From an uncultured Lachnospiraceae bacterium (GTDB lineage Bacteria; Bacillota; Clostridia; Lachnospirales; Lachnospiraceae), in the NCBI GenBank assembly GCA_905233955.1, contig CAJOFQ010000006.1, positions 6,706-70,705 on the forward strand: a stretch of 64,000 bases of DNA. The letters run 5' to 3'. The notes beneath the pieces were generated by a model that made no database searches, was not told the DNA's origin, and was given only the letters and a program-made list of their open reading frames with translations. Made by a program: the position numbers and the translations under genes. This document shows, piece after piece, positions 38,474 to 48,123 of the stretch. How positions within the stretch are numbered: the stretch's first letter is position 1; each line of letters opens with the position of its first letter.

Positions 38474-40420
38474 ATGGATAAAAAATTATTTATAACAGAG
38501 AAACCAAGTGTGGCTGGTGAATTTGCCAAGGTTATCGGTGATGAACTGAAGCGACATGACGGATATATGGAAGGATCCGGCACAATTGTGACCTGGTGCT
38601 TTGGTCATCTGGTTACCATGTGCTATCCCGAAGCATACGATGAAAAATACAAAAGGTGGAGACTTGATACGCTGCCTTTTTTGCCGGAGAATTATCTGTA
38701 CGAGGTTATAAATTCCGGCAGCAGCAAGAAACAGTTTCAAACCGTCAAAAAACTTTTGAACCGCAGTGATGTGGCAGTCATATATGTGTGCACCGACTCA
38801 GGAAGAGAGGGGGAGTATATATACCGCCTGGTGCGCCAGATGGCAGGAGTTTCCGGCAAGGACGAGCGCCGCGTCTGGATCAATTCACAGACTGAGGAAG
38901 AAATACAGCGGGGTATCCGGGAGGCTAAGCCCTTGTCTGATTATGACAACCTTTCAGATGCTGCATATCTTCGAGCCAAGGAAGATTATCTGATGGGCAT
39001 TAATTTTTCCCGTTTGCTCACCCTAAAATACGGTAATGCAGTGGCAGCCTTTTTAAGAAAAAAACACTGTGTTATCTCCGTGGGAAGGGTAATGACCTGC
39101 GTACTGGGCATGGTGGCAAAGCGCGAGAGGGAGATAAGAAACTTTAAAAAGACTCCCTTTTTTAAAGTGATAGCTGTTATTGACGGAGAAGACGCACCGG
39201 AATGTGAATGGCGAGCGGTAGAGGGCAGCAGATATTTTAACAGTCCGCTTTTGTATAAGGAGAACGGTTTTTTAAAGGAGGAAGATGCAAAAGCCCTTCA
39301 AGCCCTCATGTCAGGCAAGGATGCCGTGGTGGAGGCTATTTCCAGAAGACAGGAGAAGAAAAACGCGCCGCTGCTTTTTAATCTTGCAGAGCTTCAGAAT
39401 GAATGCACAAAGCTTTTTAAGATAGCCCCTGACCAGACTCTTTCTATCATCCAGGAGCTGTATGAAAAAAAGCTGGTGACCTACCCCAGAACTGACGCCA
39501 GGGTCTTGTCATCAGCTATCGCAAGAGAGATAATAAAAAATATCCGGGGCCTGGGCAGTGTGGACATGTTCTCGCCTGTGGTGCAGGAAATCACAGACAA
39601 GGGACTTTATAAAAATATATCCAAGAGCAGGTATGTTAATGACAAGCAGATAACCGATCACTACGCTATCATCCCCACCGGCAGCACACAGGCGCTAAAG
39701 GGACTAAAGCCTCTTCATAGAAATATTTATGAGGTTATTGCCAGGCGCTTTTTGGCGATTTTTTTGCCTGAAGCAAAATACCGCAAAGCTGCTCTTACTA
39801 TAATGATTGACGGCGAGAGATTTTTTGCTTCAGAAAAATACCTTATTGATCCGGGATATCTTAAGGTGATGGATTATTCCTTCACTGAAAAAAAACAGCA
39901 AAAGGGTGCCTCGGTTTTAGAAGGATACCGCAAGGGGATGAAGGTTCCTGTAAGGGAAATAACCATCAAGCAGGGGGAGACGACTCCGCCCAAACGATAT
40001 ACCACCGGTTCCATGATCCTGGCAATGGAGAATGCGGGCAAGCTCATTGAGGATGAAACCCTTCGTGAACAGATCCAGGGCAGTGGTATTGGCACATCCG
40101 CCACCAGGGCAGAGATTTTAGATAAGCTTATCAGAATCGGTTACCTCAATAAGAATAACAAAAATCAGGTTCTTACCCCATCCCTGTTAGGTGAAATGGT
40201 ATATTATGTAGTGGGGCGATCCATTGGCTCCATGCTGAACCCTGAGCTGACTGCCGGATGGGAGAGAGGATTGTCATATGTTTCTGACGGCAAGATTACC
40301 GAAGAGGAATATATGGAAAAGCTGTCAGACTATATTATAAAATGGACTAATCGTGTTATGGATATGCACAACAGCTACGAGCTGCGCCAGTATTTTCAAT
40401 ATGCCAGCCAGTTCTATTAG
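38474..40420 (+). CDS. topB: Type IA DNA topoisomerase (topoisomerase III-like)
   Basis: TOPRIM N-terminus (LFITEKPSVA), DxD region (CTDSGREGE), and active-site Tyr context (LVTYPRTDARVLS). 648 aa with no C-terminal Zn fingers. Confidence 0.88.
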   Translation: MDKKLFITEKPSVAGEFAKVIGDELKRHDGYMEGSGTIVTWCFGHLVTMCYPEAYDEKYKRWRLDTLPFLPENYLYEVINSGSSKKQFQTVKKLLNRSDVAVIYVCTDSGREGEYIYRLVRQMAGVSGKDERRVWINSQTEEEIQRGIREAKPLSDYDNLSDAAYLRAKEDYLMGINFSRLLTLKYGNAVAAFLRKKHCVISVGRVMTCVLGMVAKREREIRNFKKTPFFKVIAVIDGEDAPECEWRAVEGSRYFNSPLLYKENGFLKEEDAKALQALMSGKDAVVEAISRRQEKKNAPLLFNLAELQNECTKLFKIAPDQTLSIIQELYEKKLVTYPRTDARVLSSAIAREIIKNIRGLGSVDMFSPVVQEITDKGLYKNISKSRYVNDKQITDHYAIIPTGSTQALKGLKPLHRNIYEVIARRFLAIFLPEAKYRKAALTIMIDGERFFASEKYLIDPGYLKVMDYSFTEKKQQKGASVLEGYRKGMKVPVREITIKQGETTPPKRYTTGSMILAMENAGKLIEDETLREQIQGSGIGTSATRAEILDKLIRIGYLNKNNKNQVLTPSLLGEMVYYVVGRSIGSMLNPELTAGWERGLSYVSDGKITEEEYMEKLSDYIIKWTNRVMDMHNSYELRQYFQYASQFY

Positions 40421-40432
40421 AAGGAGGAAAAT

Positions 40433-41110
40433 ATGTCACAGGGACAATACACTATTAGAGAGATGTTTGATCTCAACAAAACCATTGCGGCAGAAATATT
40501 TTCAGATATTACCTGGCCGTGGGAGGCTCTTCCTCTCATAGGGTCATTTATAATCAAGCTGGGCGAGACGCTGGATCCGGAGATATACGAAAAAAGAGGC
40601 GATAATATTTGGATAGCAGGTTCAGCAACCATAGCCTCCAGTGCCAATCTGACAGGACCGCTTATAATTGATGAAGACGCTGAAATCCGTCAGTGTGCCT
40701 TTATTCGTGGAAATGCAATAGTAGGCAAGAATACTGTAGTAGGCAACTCTACCGAGCTTAAGAATGTTATCCTGTTCGATAATGTTCAGGTGCCTCACTA
40801 CAACTATGTAGGGGATTCTATTTTGGGTTACAAATCCCATATGGGAGCAGGATCCATAACCTCCAATGTCAAATCGGACAAAACCCTTGTGGTGGTCAAA
40901 TCTGACGAAAAGAATTACGAAACCAAACTCAAGAAATTTGGAGCAATATTAGGTGATAATGTAGAGGTTGGCTGCAACAGCGTTTTAAATCCCGGAAGCG
41001 TTATCGGGGCAGGCACCAATATTTATCCTCTTTCACTGGTGCGGGGAATGGTGCCCTCAAACAGCATATTTAAGAATCTCCAGGGTCATACGATCGTACC
41101 GAAGGAATAA
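40433..41110 (+). CDS. Left-handed beta-helix (hexapeptide-repeat) transferase-family protein
   Basis: Repeated [LIV]-G-x4 hexapeptide pattern (IVGKNTVVGNSTELKNVILFDNVQV..., LGDNVEVGCNSVLNPGSVIGAGTNI). It resembles a stand-alone GlmU C-terminal-like domain. Confidence 0.65.
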   Translation: MSQGQYTIREMFDLNKTIAAEIFSDITWPWEALPLIGSFIIKLGETLDPEIYEKRGDNIWIAGSATIASSANLTGPLIIDEDAEIRQCAFIRGNAIVGKNTVVGNSTELKNVILFDNVQVPHYNYVGDSILGYKSHMGAGSITSNVKSDKTLVVVKSDEKNYETKLKKFGAILGDNVEVGCNSVLNPGSVIGAGTNIYPLSLVRGMVPSNSIFKNLQGHTIVPKE

Positions 41111-41588
41111 GAGACCTTGTGATCAGTGCCACGATGGCTGCCCCGCATATTCCACCAAACAGATCCAGCCATACATCCTGAATCTGTGGACCTCTGGCGG
41201 AGAATATCTGAATGGTTTCGTCTACAAGTGCCACCAAAAGTGTAGTATTTGCCGCTAAGGTTACTGGACTTATGAGGAAGCCTGTTACACGATTCTGATT
41301 CGGATATTTTTCGTATACTTTTTGCTGTGAATTTCTGATAGTAAACAGTCCGCAAAGCTGCATACCAAGGATGGCATATTCTATGAAGTGAGCGCATTTT
41401 CTTACTATATGATCTGCCATGTCATAATTGACTGACAGTGCATTCCACAGCATATGAAGCGCCGCCACTATTCTTCCGCTTTCAGACGATGAGATACGCC
41501 TTGGCATCATAGAGTGTCCCCATATAAAGCATATAGTAAGCGTAATAGTTGCCATGAGAATGTATTGGCATTTTTTTTGGGATATCAA
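41070..41588 (-). CDS. VanZ-family membrane protein
   Basis: Four hydrophobic segments and the motif HIVRKCAHFIEYAILG. TTG start with AGGTGG 10 nt upstream. The 3' end overlaps the convergent gene by 41 nt. Confidence 0.7.
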   Translation of the reverse strand: MISQKKCQYILMATITLTICFIWGHSMMPRRISSSESGRIVAALHMLWNALSVNYDMADHIVRKCAHFIEYAILGMQLCGLFTIRNSQQKVYEKYPNQNRVTGFLISPVTLAANTTLLVALVDETIQIFSARGPQIQDVWLDLFGGICGAAIVALITRSLIPSVRSYDPGDS

Positions 41589-41684
41589 TTTATTAAAACC
41601 ACCTGTCTTTTATCTTTTTCCTTTTGCTCCATGCATCACACTATACACCGTAAAAAATATATTAACAAGAAGATTTAGCCTTTT

Positions 41685-41713
41685 TTGACATAGTAAGAGG
41701 ATAAATGTATAAT
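41685..41713 (+). promoter_or_regulatory. Consensus sigma-A promoter TTGACA-17 nt-TATAAT upstream of prmA
   Basis: TTGACA at 41685-41690 and TATAAT at 41708-41713, both perfect hexamers with a 17-nt spacer. The ATG at 41746 has a GGGGGAAAG SD. Confidence 0.7.
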
Positions 41714-41745
41714 GATGAACCGTAGTTGACGGGGGAAAGTATACT

Positions 41746-42714
41746 ATGAGATGGATGAAATACAGTGTGGAGACCATACCCGAGGCAGTGTGGGCTGTCA
41801 GTGACCTGCTATATGATCTGGGTATTACATCCATAGAGGTGGAGGATCACAGGCCGGTTTTGGAATCCATTGACAAGGAAGGCGGTTACTACGAGGAACT
41901 TCAGCCTGATCTGGGCGAGGACGACGGTACTGCGAGGGTTATTTTTTATCTGGAAGAGGGACTGGATTCCAACGATATTCTTATCGACAAGCTGATCCAT
42001 GGCCTGGATTCACTTACGAATCGCATGGAGATTGGAAGCGGTATGCTCGCTGTCTCTATATCAGACGAGGCGGACTGGCGTGACAACTGGAAGGAGTTTT
42101 TTCATCCGTTTACCATCGGCAAGCTTTTAGTGAAGCCAACCTGGGAATCTGTTCCGAATGATTGGGATCCGCAATATGTAATAGACATTGATCCCGGAAT
42201 ATCCTTCGGTACAGGCCAGCACGAGACGACCCGTATGTGTATAGAAGAACTGCAGCAGCATATCAATGAGGGTGATGCAGTTTTGGATCTGGGCTTTGGC
42301 AGCGGGATTCTGTCGATTGCCGCCGCTAAGCTTGGAGCAGGCTCCATTACGGGAACGGACATTGATGAGGACTGCCGGGATACTGCTGTTACCAACTTTG
42401 AAAAGAACGGATACCCGGGAGACAGAGCCAGACTTCTCATAGGGGATTTAAGAAATGATGATGCCCTGGCCAAAGAAGTCGGGCAGGGCTGCTATGACAT
42501 AGTTTTGGCTAATATTCTGGCGGATATTATTATTGGTATGACAGATCGTATCCATGCAGCCTTAAGCCCCGGAGGAATGCTTATAGCCTCCGGCATCATA
42601 GATTTCAAGGAGAATGAAGTTTTAGACAAGCTGACTGATCGGGGATTTACCATCATTGAGACTAACCACTTAGGAGAATGGTCACAGATTTCAGCAAAGA
42701 AGGATATATATTAG
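41746..42714 (+). CDS. prmA: Ribosomal protein L11 methyltransferase
   Basis: PrmA N-domain plus SAM fold: IDPGISFGTGQHETT and VLDLGFGSGILSIAAAKLGA. Confidence 0.9.
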   Translation: MRWMKYSVETIPEAVWAVSDLLYDLGITSIEVEDHRPVLESIDKEGGYYEELQPDLGEDDGTARVIFYLEEGLDSNDILIDKLIHGLDSLTNRMEIGSGMLAVSISDEADWRDNWKEFFHPFTIGKLLVKPTWESVPNDWDPQYVIDIDPGISFGTGQHETTRMCIEELQQHINEGDAVLDLGFGSGILSIAAAKLGAGSITGTDIDEDCRDTAVTNFEKNGYPGDRARLLIGDLRNDDALAKEVGQGCYDIVLANILADIIIGMTDRIHAALSPGGMLIASGIIDFKENEVLDKLTDRGFTIIETNHLGEWSQISAKKDIY

Positions 42715-43869
42715 ATGAGTTCTTATTTGGATAATGCGGCTACTACCAGGTGCTTTCCCGAGGCAGCCAAGCTTGCGGCGAAGGTTATGACAGAGGAATA
42801 TGGCAATCCATCCTCTCTTCATGGCAAGGGCATCGAGGCAGAGCAGCACTTAAGGCACACCCGCAGGTCAGTTGCAAAAAGCCTCAAGGCAAGGGAGAAT
42901 GAGATCTATTTTACCTCCGGGGGCACAGAAGGTAATAACACTGCGATCTTTGGCACGGTAAGGGCCAGGAAACGCAGGGGCAGGCATATAATAACCACAA
43001 TGGTAGAGCACCCCTCCGTGTACAATGCCTTTTCCGCTCTGGAGGAGGAAGGCTGTGAGGTGACATATCTCCCCACAGATGGCAAGGGACTCATTTCTTT
43101 GGAGCAGCTTGAGAGTGCATTAAGAGAGGATACAATCCTGGTATCCATAATGCATGTCAATAACGAGGTTGGTACTATCCAGCCCATAGAAGAAGCGGCG
43201 CATATAATCCACCAGCATTCGCCGGAGGCTTTGTTTCATGTGGATGCTGTTCAGTCATACGGCAAGCTTCCCATCTACCCCGGCAGGATCGGAGTAGATC
43301 TGATGTCCGTAAGCGGTCACAAGCTTCACGCCCCCAAGGGGAGCGGTTTTTTGTATATACGGGAAAAGACCAGAATACTGCCCCTTATGTACGGCGGCGG
43401 TCAGGAAAGATCAATGCGTTCCGGAACGGAGAATGTTCCAGCGATTGCAGGGCTGGGCGTGGCTGTAGACAAGGTGTTTTCGGATAATTTTTTGCACAGT
43501 CAGAACATGTACAGGTTAAAACAGCAGTTGGCTGATGGCGTATCTGATATAGAGGGTGTTTCCATTCACAGTAATTTGGATGAGACATTTGCCCCGCATA
43601 TATTGAGTATATCCATCGAGGGCGTCAAATCAGAGGTTATGCTGCATGCACTGGAGGAAAGGGGTGTATATGTTTCCTCCGGAAGCGCCTGTTCATCCAA
43701 TCACCCCTCTGCCAGCAGAACCCTGCTTGCCATGGGTGTTAACAGGGAACAGATGGATACAGCCATCAGATTTTCCCTGTCAATGAATACTGATGAATCA
43801 GATATTACCGCCGCTTGTAATGCCCTAAAGGATCTGGTTCCCGTTTTGAGAAATTTTCAAAGAAGGTAG
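42715..43869 (+). CDS. Cysteine desulfurase (NifS/IscS class V aminotransferase)
   Basis: PLP-Lys motif SVSGHKLHAPKG and active-site Cys SSGSACSS. It lies immediately upstream of thiI, the classical partner arrangement. Confidence 0.9.
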   Translation: MSSYLDNAATTRCFPEAAKLAAKVMTEEYGNPSSLHGKGIEAEQHLRHTRRSVAKSLKARENEIYFTSGGTEGNNTAIFGTVRARKRRGRHIITTMVEHPSVYNAFSALEEEGCEVTYLPTDGKGLISLEQLESALREDTILVSIMHVNNEVGTIQPIEEAAHIIHQHSPEALFHVDAVQSYGKLPIYPGRIGVDLMSVSGHKLHAPKGSGFLYIREKTRILPLMYGGGQERSMRSGTENVPAIAGLGVAVDKVFSDNFLHSQNMYRLKQQLADGVSDIEGVSIHSNLDETFAPHILSISIEGVKSEVMLHALEERGVYVSSGSACSSNHPSASRTLLAMGVNREQMDTAIRFSLSMNTDESDITAACNALKDLVPVLRNFQRR

Positions 43870-43875
43870 GAAAAA

Positions 43876-45054
43876 GTGAAAAGAGCTTTTCTGATAAAAT
43901 ATGGAGAGATCGCCCTCAAGGGCAAGAACCGCCGCATATTCGAGGATGTTCTGGTAAAGCGCATCAGACAGGCACTGGATAGCGTGGATGGTACATATAA
44001 GATAGAGCGGCCAAGAGGCAGGATTTTTATCGAGCCGGAAACCGGAATGGATGAGCTTGAGACAATAGAAGCCTTAAAATGCGTTTTTGGAATAGTAGCG
44101 ATTTGTCCCGTGATCATGGTGGAGGATGAGGGCTTTGAGGCTCTGGCTGAGCATGTGGTGGATTTTTTTGGGGAATCCTTCAATGACAGAAGCCTTACAT
44201 TTAAGGTGGATTCCAGACGCTCCAGAAAGAATTATCCCCTTAATTCCATGGAGCTTAACGCCGATCTTGGGGAAAGGCTTCTGATGGCCTATCCCCAGCT
44301 TAAGGTGGATGTTCACAATCCCAAGGTACTTGTAAGGGTTGAGGTCAGAGACAATATCAGCATCTATGTAAGGGAGATTCCGGGACCCGGAGGTATGCCC
44401 ATCGGTACAAATGGCAGTGCACAGCTTTTGCTTTCCGGAGGAATCGATTCACCGGTTGCCGGATATATGATCGCAAAGCGCGGAGTTACTGTTCATGCCA
44501 CATATTTTCATGCTCCCCCCTATACAAGTGAGCGGGCCAGACAAAAGGTCGAGGATCTGGCCAGGATTCTGTCCCGGTATTTGGGATCTGTGACGCTTCA
44601 TGTGGTGAATTTTACAGATATTCAGATGACTATCTACGAGAAATGTCCCCACGACGAGCTGACCATTATCATGCGAAGGTACATGATGAAGATAGCGGAG
44701 CATTTTGCAAAATGCGATGGTGATCTGGGTCTGGTTACAGGAGAGAGTATTGGTCAGGTTGCCAGCCAGACCATGCAATCGCTGGCCTGTACCGATGCCG
44801 CCACCTCGATGCCGGTATACAGACCCCTTATAGGCTTTGACAAGCAGGAGATTGTGGATGTCTCAGAGAGAATTGGCACATATGACACATCTATTCTGCC
44901 ATATGAGGATTGCTGTACCATCTTTGTGGCAAAGCACCCTGTTACCAGACCCCGTATTGAGCGTATTTTAAAATCCGAAGAGAATCTATATGGGGTTATA
45001 GAAGATCTGGTGACAAAAGCGATTGAGGAAACAGATACAGTAGAGATAAGCTGA
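43876..45054 (+). CDS. thiI: tRNA 4-thiouridine synthase ThiI (no rhodanese domain)
   Basis: GTG start. THUMP region, then PP-loop LLLSGGIDSPVAG. 392 aa. Confidence 0.9.
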   Translation: MKRAFLIKYGEIALKGKNRRIFEDVLVKRIRQALDSVDGTYKIERPRGRIFIEPETGMDELETIEALKCVFGIVAICPVIMVEDEGFEALAEHVVDFFGESFNDRSLTFKVDSRRSRKNYPLNSMELNADLGERLLMAYPQLKVDVHNPKVLVRVEVRDNISIYVREIPGPGGMPIGTNGSAQLLLSGGIDSPVAGYMIAKRGVTVHATYFHAPPYTSERARQKVEDLARILSRYLGSVTLHVVNFTDIQMTIYEKCPHDELTIIMRRYMMKIAEHFAKCDGDLGLVTGESIGQVASQTMQSLACTDAATSMPVYRPLIGFDKQEIVDVSERIGTYDTSILPYEDCCTIFVAKHPVTRPRIERILKSEENLYGVIEDLVTKAIEETDTVEIS

Positions 45055-45066
45055 TAGATTTTTCCG

Positions 45067-45101
45067 ATAAAAAAGAACTCCGGGGCCATTAAACCCCGGA
45101 G
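45067..45101 (-). terminator. GC-rich hairpin between convergent thiI and the HPr-like gene; the U-tract is on the minus-strand transcript
   Basis: CTCCGGGG (45078-45085) pairs with CCCCGGAG (45094-45101). On the minus strand the hairpin is followed by TTCTTTTTTAT (complement of 45067-45077). Confidence 0.55.
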
Positions 45102-45130
45102 AAAAAATTGGTTAAGTTATATACAGCCTG

Positions 45131-45358
45131 TTATACGATATATGACTTGAGAGCATCCATGATCTTGGAGTCGTCGTCAGCATGAATAGTAAGATCGATC
45201 GGCTGAGAAAGATCCAATGAGAAAATACCCATAATGGACTTGGCATCAATTACATATCTGCCGGAGATCAGATCAAAATCACTGTCAAACTGACTTACTG
45301 TATTGACAAAAGCCTTAACCTTGTCGATGGAGTTCAAAGAAATCTTTACGGTCTTCAT
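45131..45358 (-). CDS. HPr-fold protein lacking the His15 site but retaining the Ser46 motif (Crh-like)
   Basis: 75 aa. GGAGG lies 8 nt upstream. It aligns by eye with HPr, with KSIMG conserved, while the position equivalent to His15 falls in NSIDKV (no His). Confidence 0.6.
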   Translation of the reverse strand: MKTVKISLNSIDKVKAFVNTVSQFDSDFDLISGRYVIDAKSIMGIFSLDLSQPIDLTIHADDDSKIMDALKSYIV

Positions 45359-45438
45359 AAAAGCTACCTCCTATTCGTAATCCATTAACGCCTTTATCGT
45401 AATTGATTATCTATAAAAAGTCAACTGAAAACAAAAAA

Positions 45439-46728
45439 ATGAAGCAGGATCAGACAGAAAAAAAACGAGCGGCTTTTCACCATGTAGGATGTAAGGTCAA
45501 TTCATACGAAATAGAAAAAATGAAGCAGCTTTTGGAGCATGAGGGTTATGAGATTGTGCCCTTTGATTCTGTGGCTGATGTTTATGTGATAAATACATGT
45601 TCTGTTACAGCAATTGCGGACAAGAAATCCAGGCAGATGTTAAGACGGGCCAGACGGCGAAATCCCGGGGCTATAGTGGTTGCGGCAGGATGCTATGTAC
45701 AGCGCCAGGATATTAATCCTGAGGATCTGGAGTGTGATATCATCCTTGGCAATGATATGAAGCACACTATTGTTGAACAGCTTAAACAGTTCCAAGGCTT
45801 GCAGAAACAGGTTATAGCCAGGCTTGATATTAACCGTGCAAATGAAGAATATGAGGATTGGACGCTAAGTGATACGGGGGATGCCTCCAGTCATACCAGG
45901 GCTTTTATCAAGATTCAGGACGGGTGTGATCAGTTTTGTACTTATTGCACTATTCCCTACCTGAGGGGCAGAACCAGGAGCAGAAGCAAAAAAAGTATAA
46001 TAGAAGAGATACGAAGGGTCACAGAAGACGGCTACAAGGAGGCTGTGTTTACAGGTATACATATTAGCTCCTACAATGACGAGGGGGCTTTGCTTGCCGA
46101 TTTATGCCATCTTATTGACGCCGAAACCGATTTAAAAAGGCTAAGGCTTGGATCCCTGGAGCCCCGCATAGTTACTGAGGATTTTGTAAAGCGGATATCA
46201 AAGCTTTCGTGCATATGTCCTCATTTTCACCTGTCACTTCAGAGCGGAAGTGATTCTGTTATAAAGCGGATGAACCGCGGTTATACCACGGAGGAATTTA
46301 AGCGGGGCGTGGGACTTCTTAGAGAATACTTTGACAATCCTGCCATTACATGCGATGTAATTGCCGGATTTCCGGGAGAAAGCGAAGAGGAATTTGAGGA
46401 AACAAAGGAATTTGTAAGGGGAATTGGCTTCTATGAGATGCATGTATTTCCCTATTCCAAAAGAGCCGGTACCAAAGCGGCAGCAATGACAGGACAGTTA
46501 AGCAACAGACTAAAGTCCCAAAGAGCAGGAGAGCTTATAGAGCTTGCGCATGTTATGACGCAGGAATACCTGGATGCCTGGAAGGGTAAGAATGGTGAGG
46601 TTCTATGGGAAAAATGCGATATTGTTGACGATAAAAGGTGCTGGAGCGGATACACAAGAGAATATATCAGGCTGACCACTTTTTCTGAAGAAAATTTGGA
46701 GAATACTATTACGACAGTTGAGATTTAA
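45439..46728 (+). CDS. mtaB: Radical-SAM methylthiotransferase, MtaB-like (MiaB family)
   Basis: UPF0004 N-domain Cys residues (GCKVN, NTCSVT), radical-SAM CDQFCTYC, and a C-terminal TRAM-like region. ATG 45439 is preferred over the TTG at 45403. Confidence 0.85.
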   Translation: MKQDQTEKKRAAFHHVGCKVNSYEIEKMKQLLEHEGYEIVPFDSVADVYVINTCSVTAIADKKSRQMLRRARRRNPGAIVVAAGCYVQRQDINPEDLECDIILGNDMKHTIVEQLKQFQGLQKQVIARLDINRANEEYEDWTLSDTGDASSHTRAFIKIQDGCDQFCTYCTIPYLRGRTRSRSKKSIIEEIRRVTEDGYKEAVFTGIHISSYNDEGALLADLCHLIDAETDLKRLRLGSLEPRIVTEDFVKRISKLSCICPHFHLSLQSGSDSVIKRMNRGYTTEEFKRGVGLLREYFDNPAITCDVIAGFPGESEEEFEETKEFVRGIGFYEMHVFPYSKRAGTKAAAMTGQLSNRLKSQRAGELIELAHVMTQEYLDAWKGKNGEVLWEKCDIVDDKRCWSGYTREYIRLTTFSEENLENTITTVEI

Positions 46729-46757
46729 GGAAATACTGATTAATTCAGTATTTCCTT
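46727..46757 (+). terminator. Perfect 13-bp hairpin overlapping the mtaB stop (no U-tract)
   Basis: AAGGAAATACTGA (46727-46739) pairs with TCAGTATTTCCTT (46745-46757). The loop is TTAAT. It is followed by AAAGAG, so terminator function is uncertain. Confidence 0.4.
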
Positions 46758-46849
46758 AAAGAGATGCACAGAAAATCGCATAGGAATGCGCTTCGCGCTG
46801 CGATTTTCGCGCAGGAAACGCTTCCTTAACAGTAGTGAGGTGACAGATT

Positions 46850-47986
46850 ATGATAATAAAGCAGGCAAAGGTTTTTGGAGCGGATCACCATTTTCATATG
46901 CAGGATATCAGGATTGAGGATGGAAGAATCGCCGGCACATCTGAGAGCATCGCGGCAGGAGGCGGCGAGGAGGTAATTCCGGCAAATGGCATGTATGCCC
47001 TGCCGGCACTTGTGGATATTCACCAGCACGGGGCTGTCGGGTATGACTATTGTGATGCTTCGGAGGAGGCTCTTTCGGTCATAGCGGAATACGAAGCCCA
47101 AAACGGGGTGCTGGCAGTATGCGCTACTACAATGACCATTTCGGAAAATGATCTTTTAAGCGTGGCCAAGGTCGTATCCAACCATAAAAACAGCGCGGGA
47201 GCAGATATAGTCGGGATCAACCTGGAGGGACCCTTTGTAAGCCCTGACAGGCTGGGGGCGCAGAACCCTCTGCATCAGATGAATCCTGATGTTAATATGA
47301 TACGAAGAATACAGAAGAAATCAGGCGGAAAAGTAAAACTTTTAGATCTGGCTCCGGAACTGGACGGGGCTATAGAGGCAATATCCGAGCTTAGAAAAGA
47401 GATGACCATATCAGTGGCACATACCTCCTGTGATTATGAAACGGCCATTAGAGCCTACAAAGCCGGAGCGTCACATCTTACACATACATTTAACGCCATG
47501 AATCCAATGTTACACAGGAGCCCGGGACCAATTCCGGCAGCAGTTGAATCAGGCGCAAATGCCGAGCTTATCTGCGATGGAATTCACATTCATCCGGCAA
47601 TGGTAAGGCTGGTGTTTTCATTGTTCAAGGGCCGTATGATATTGATATCCGATTCTATGAGGGCCTGCGGTCTAAGTGACGGAACCTATGATCTGGGGGG
47701 ACAGGAGGTTCGTATTAACGGCAGACGGGCAGAGCTGGCCAGGGATTCAGGGGTACTGGCAGGCAGTGTAACAAACCTCTACGAATGCATGAAGACGGCT
47801 GTTAATGATATGGGTATTCCCATAGAGGAAGCGGTTTTGGCGGCAACCGAGAATCCTGCCAGGGCCATCGGCATAGACGACGAATACGGTTCTATAGCGC
47901 CGGGCAGGTATGCCAACATAGTGTTGTGCGATGAGAATCTGGATCTGATAAAAGTCTATCGCAGAGGGGAAGATATAACAAAATAA
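46850..47986 (+). CDS. nagA: N-acetylglucosamine-6-phosphate deacetylase
   Basis: Amidohydrolase motifs (DIHQHG, NLEGPF, HTFNAM, DGIHIHP). 378 aa. Confidence 0.88.
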   Translation: MIIKQAKVFGADHHFHMQDIRIEDGRIAGTSESIAAGGGEEVIPANGMYALPALVDIHQHGAVGYDYCDASEEALSVIAEYEAQNGVLAVCATTMTISENDLLSVAKVVSNHKNSAGADIVGINLEGPFVSPDRLGAQNPLHQMNPDVNMIRRIQKKSGGKVKLLDLAPELDGAIEAISELRKEMTISVAHTSCDYETAIRAYKAGASHLTHTFNAMNPMLHRSPGPIPAAVESGANAELICDGIHIHPAMVRLVFSLFKGRMILISDSMRACGLSDGTYDLGGQEVRINGRRAELARDSGVLAGSVTNLYECMKTAVNDMGIPIEEAVLAATENPARAIGIDDEYGSIAPGRYANIVLCDENLDLIKVYRRGEDITK

Positions 47987-48123
47987 AACTTCAATTTTTG
48001 TTCAAAATGTAGTATGATGATATAAGGGACAGAAAGTCCAAATTTTGCGCTTGCGCAATAATTTGAGACTTTATGAACCGTATCATAATAATAAGGGTTT
48101 GTTCATAGCTAAAGGGGGATACT

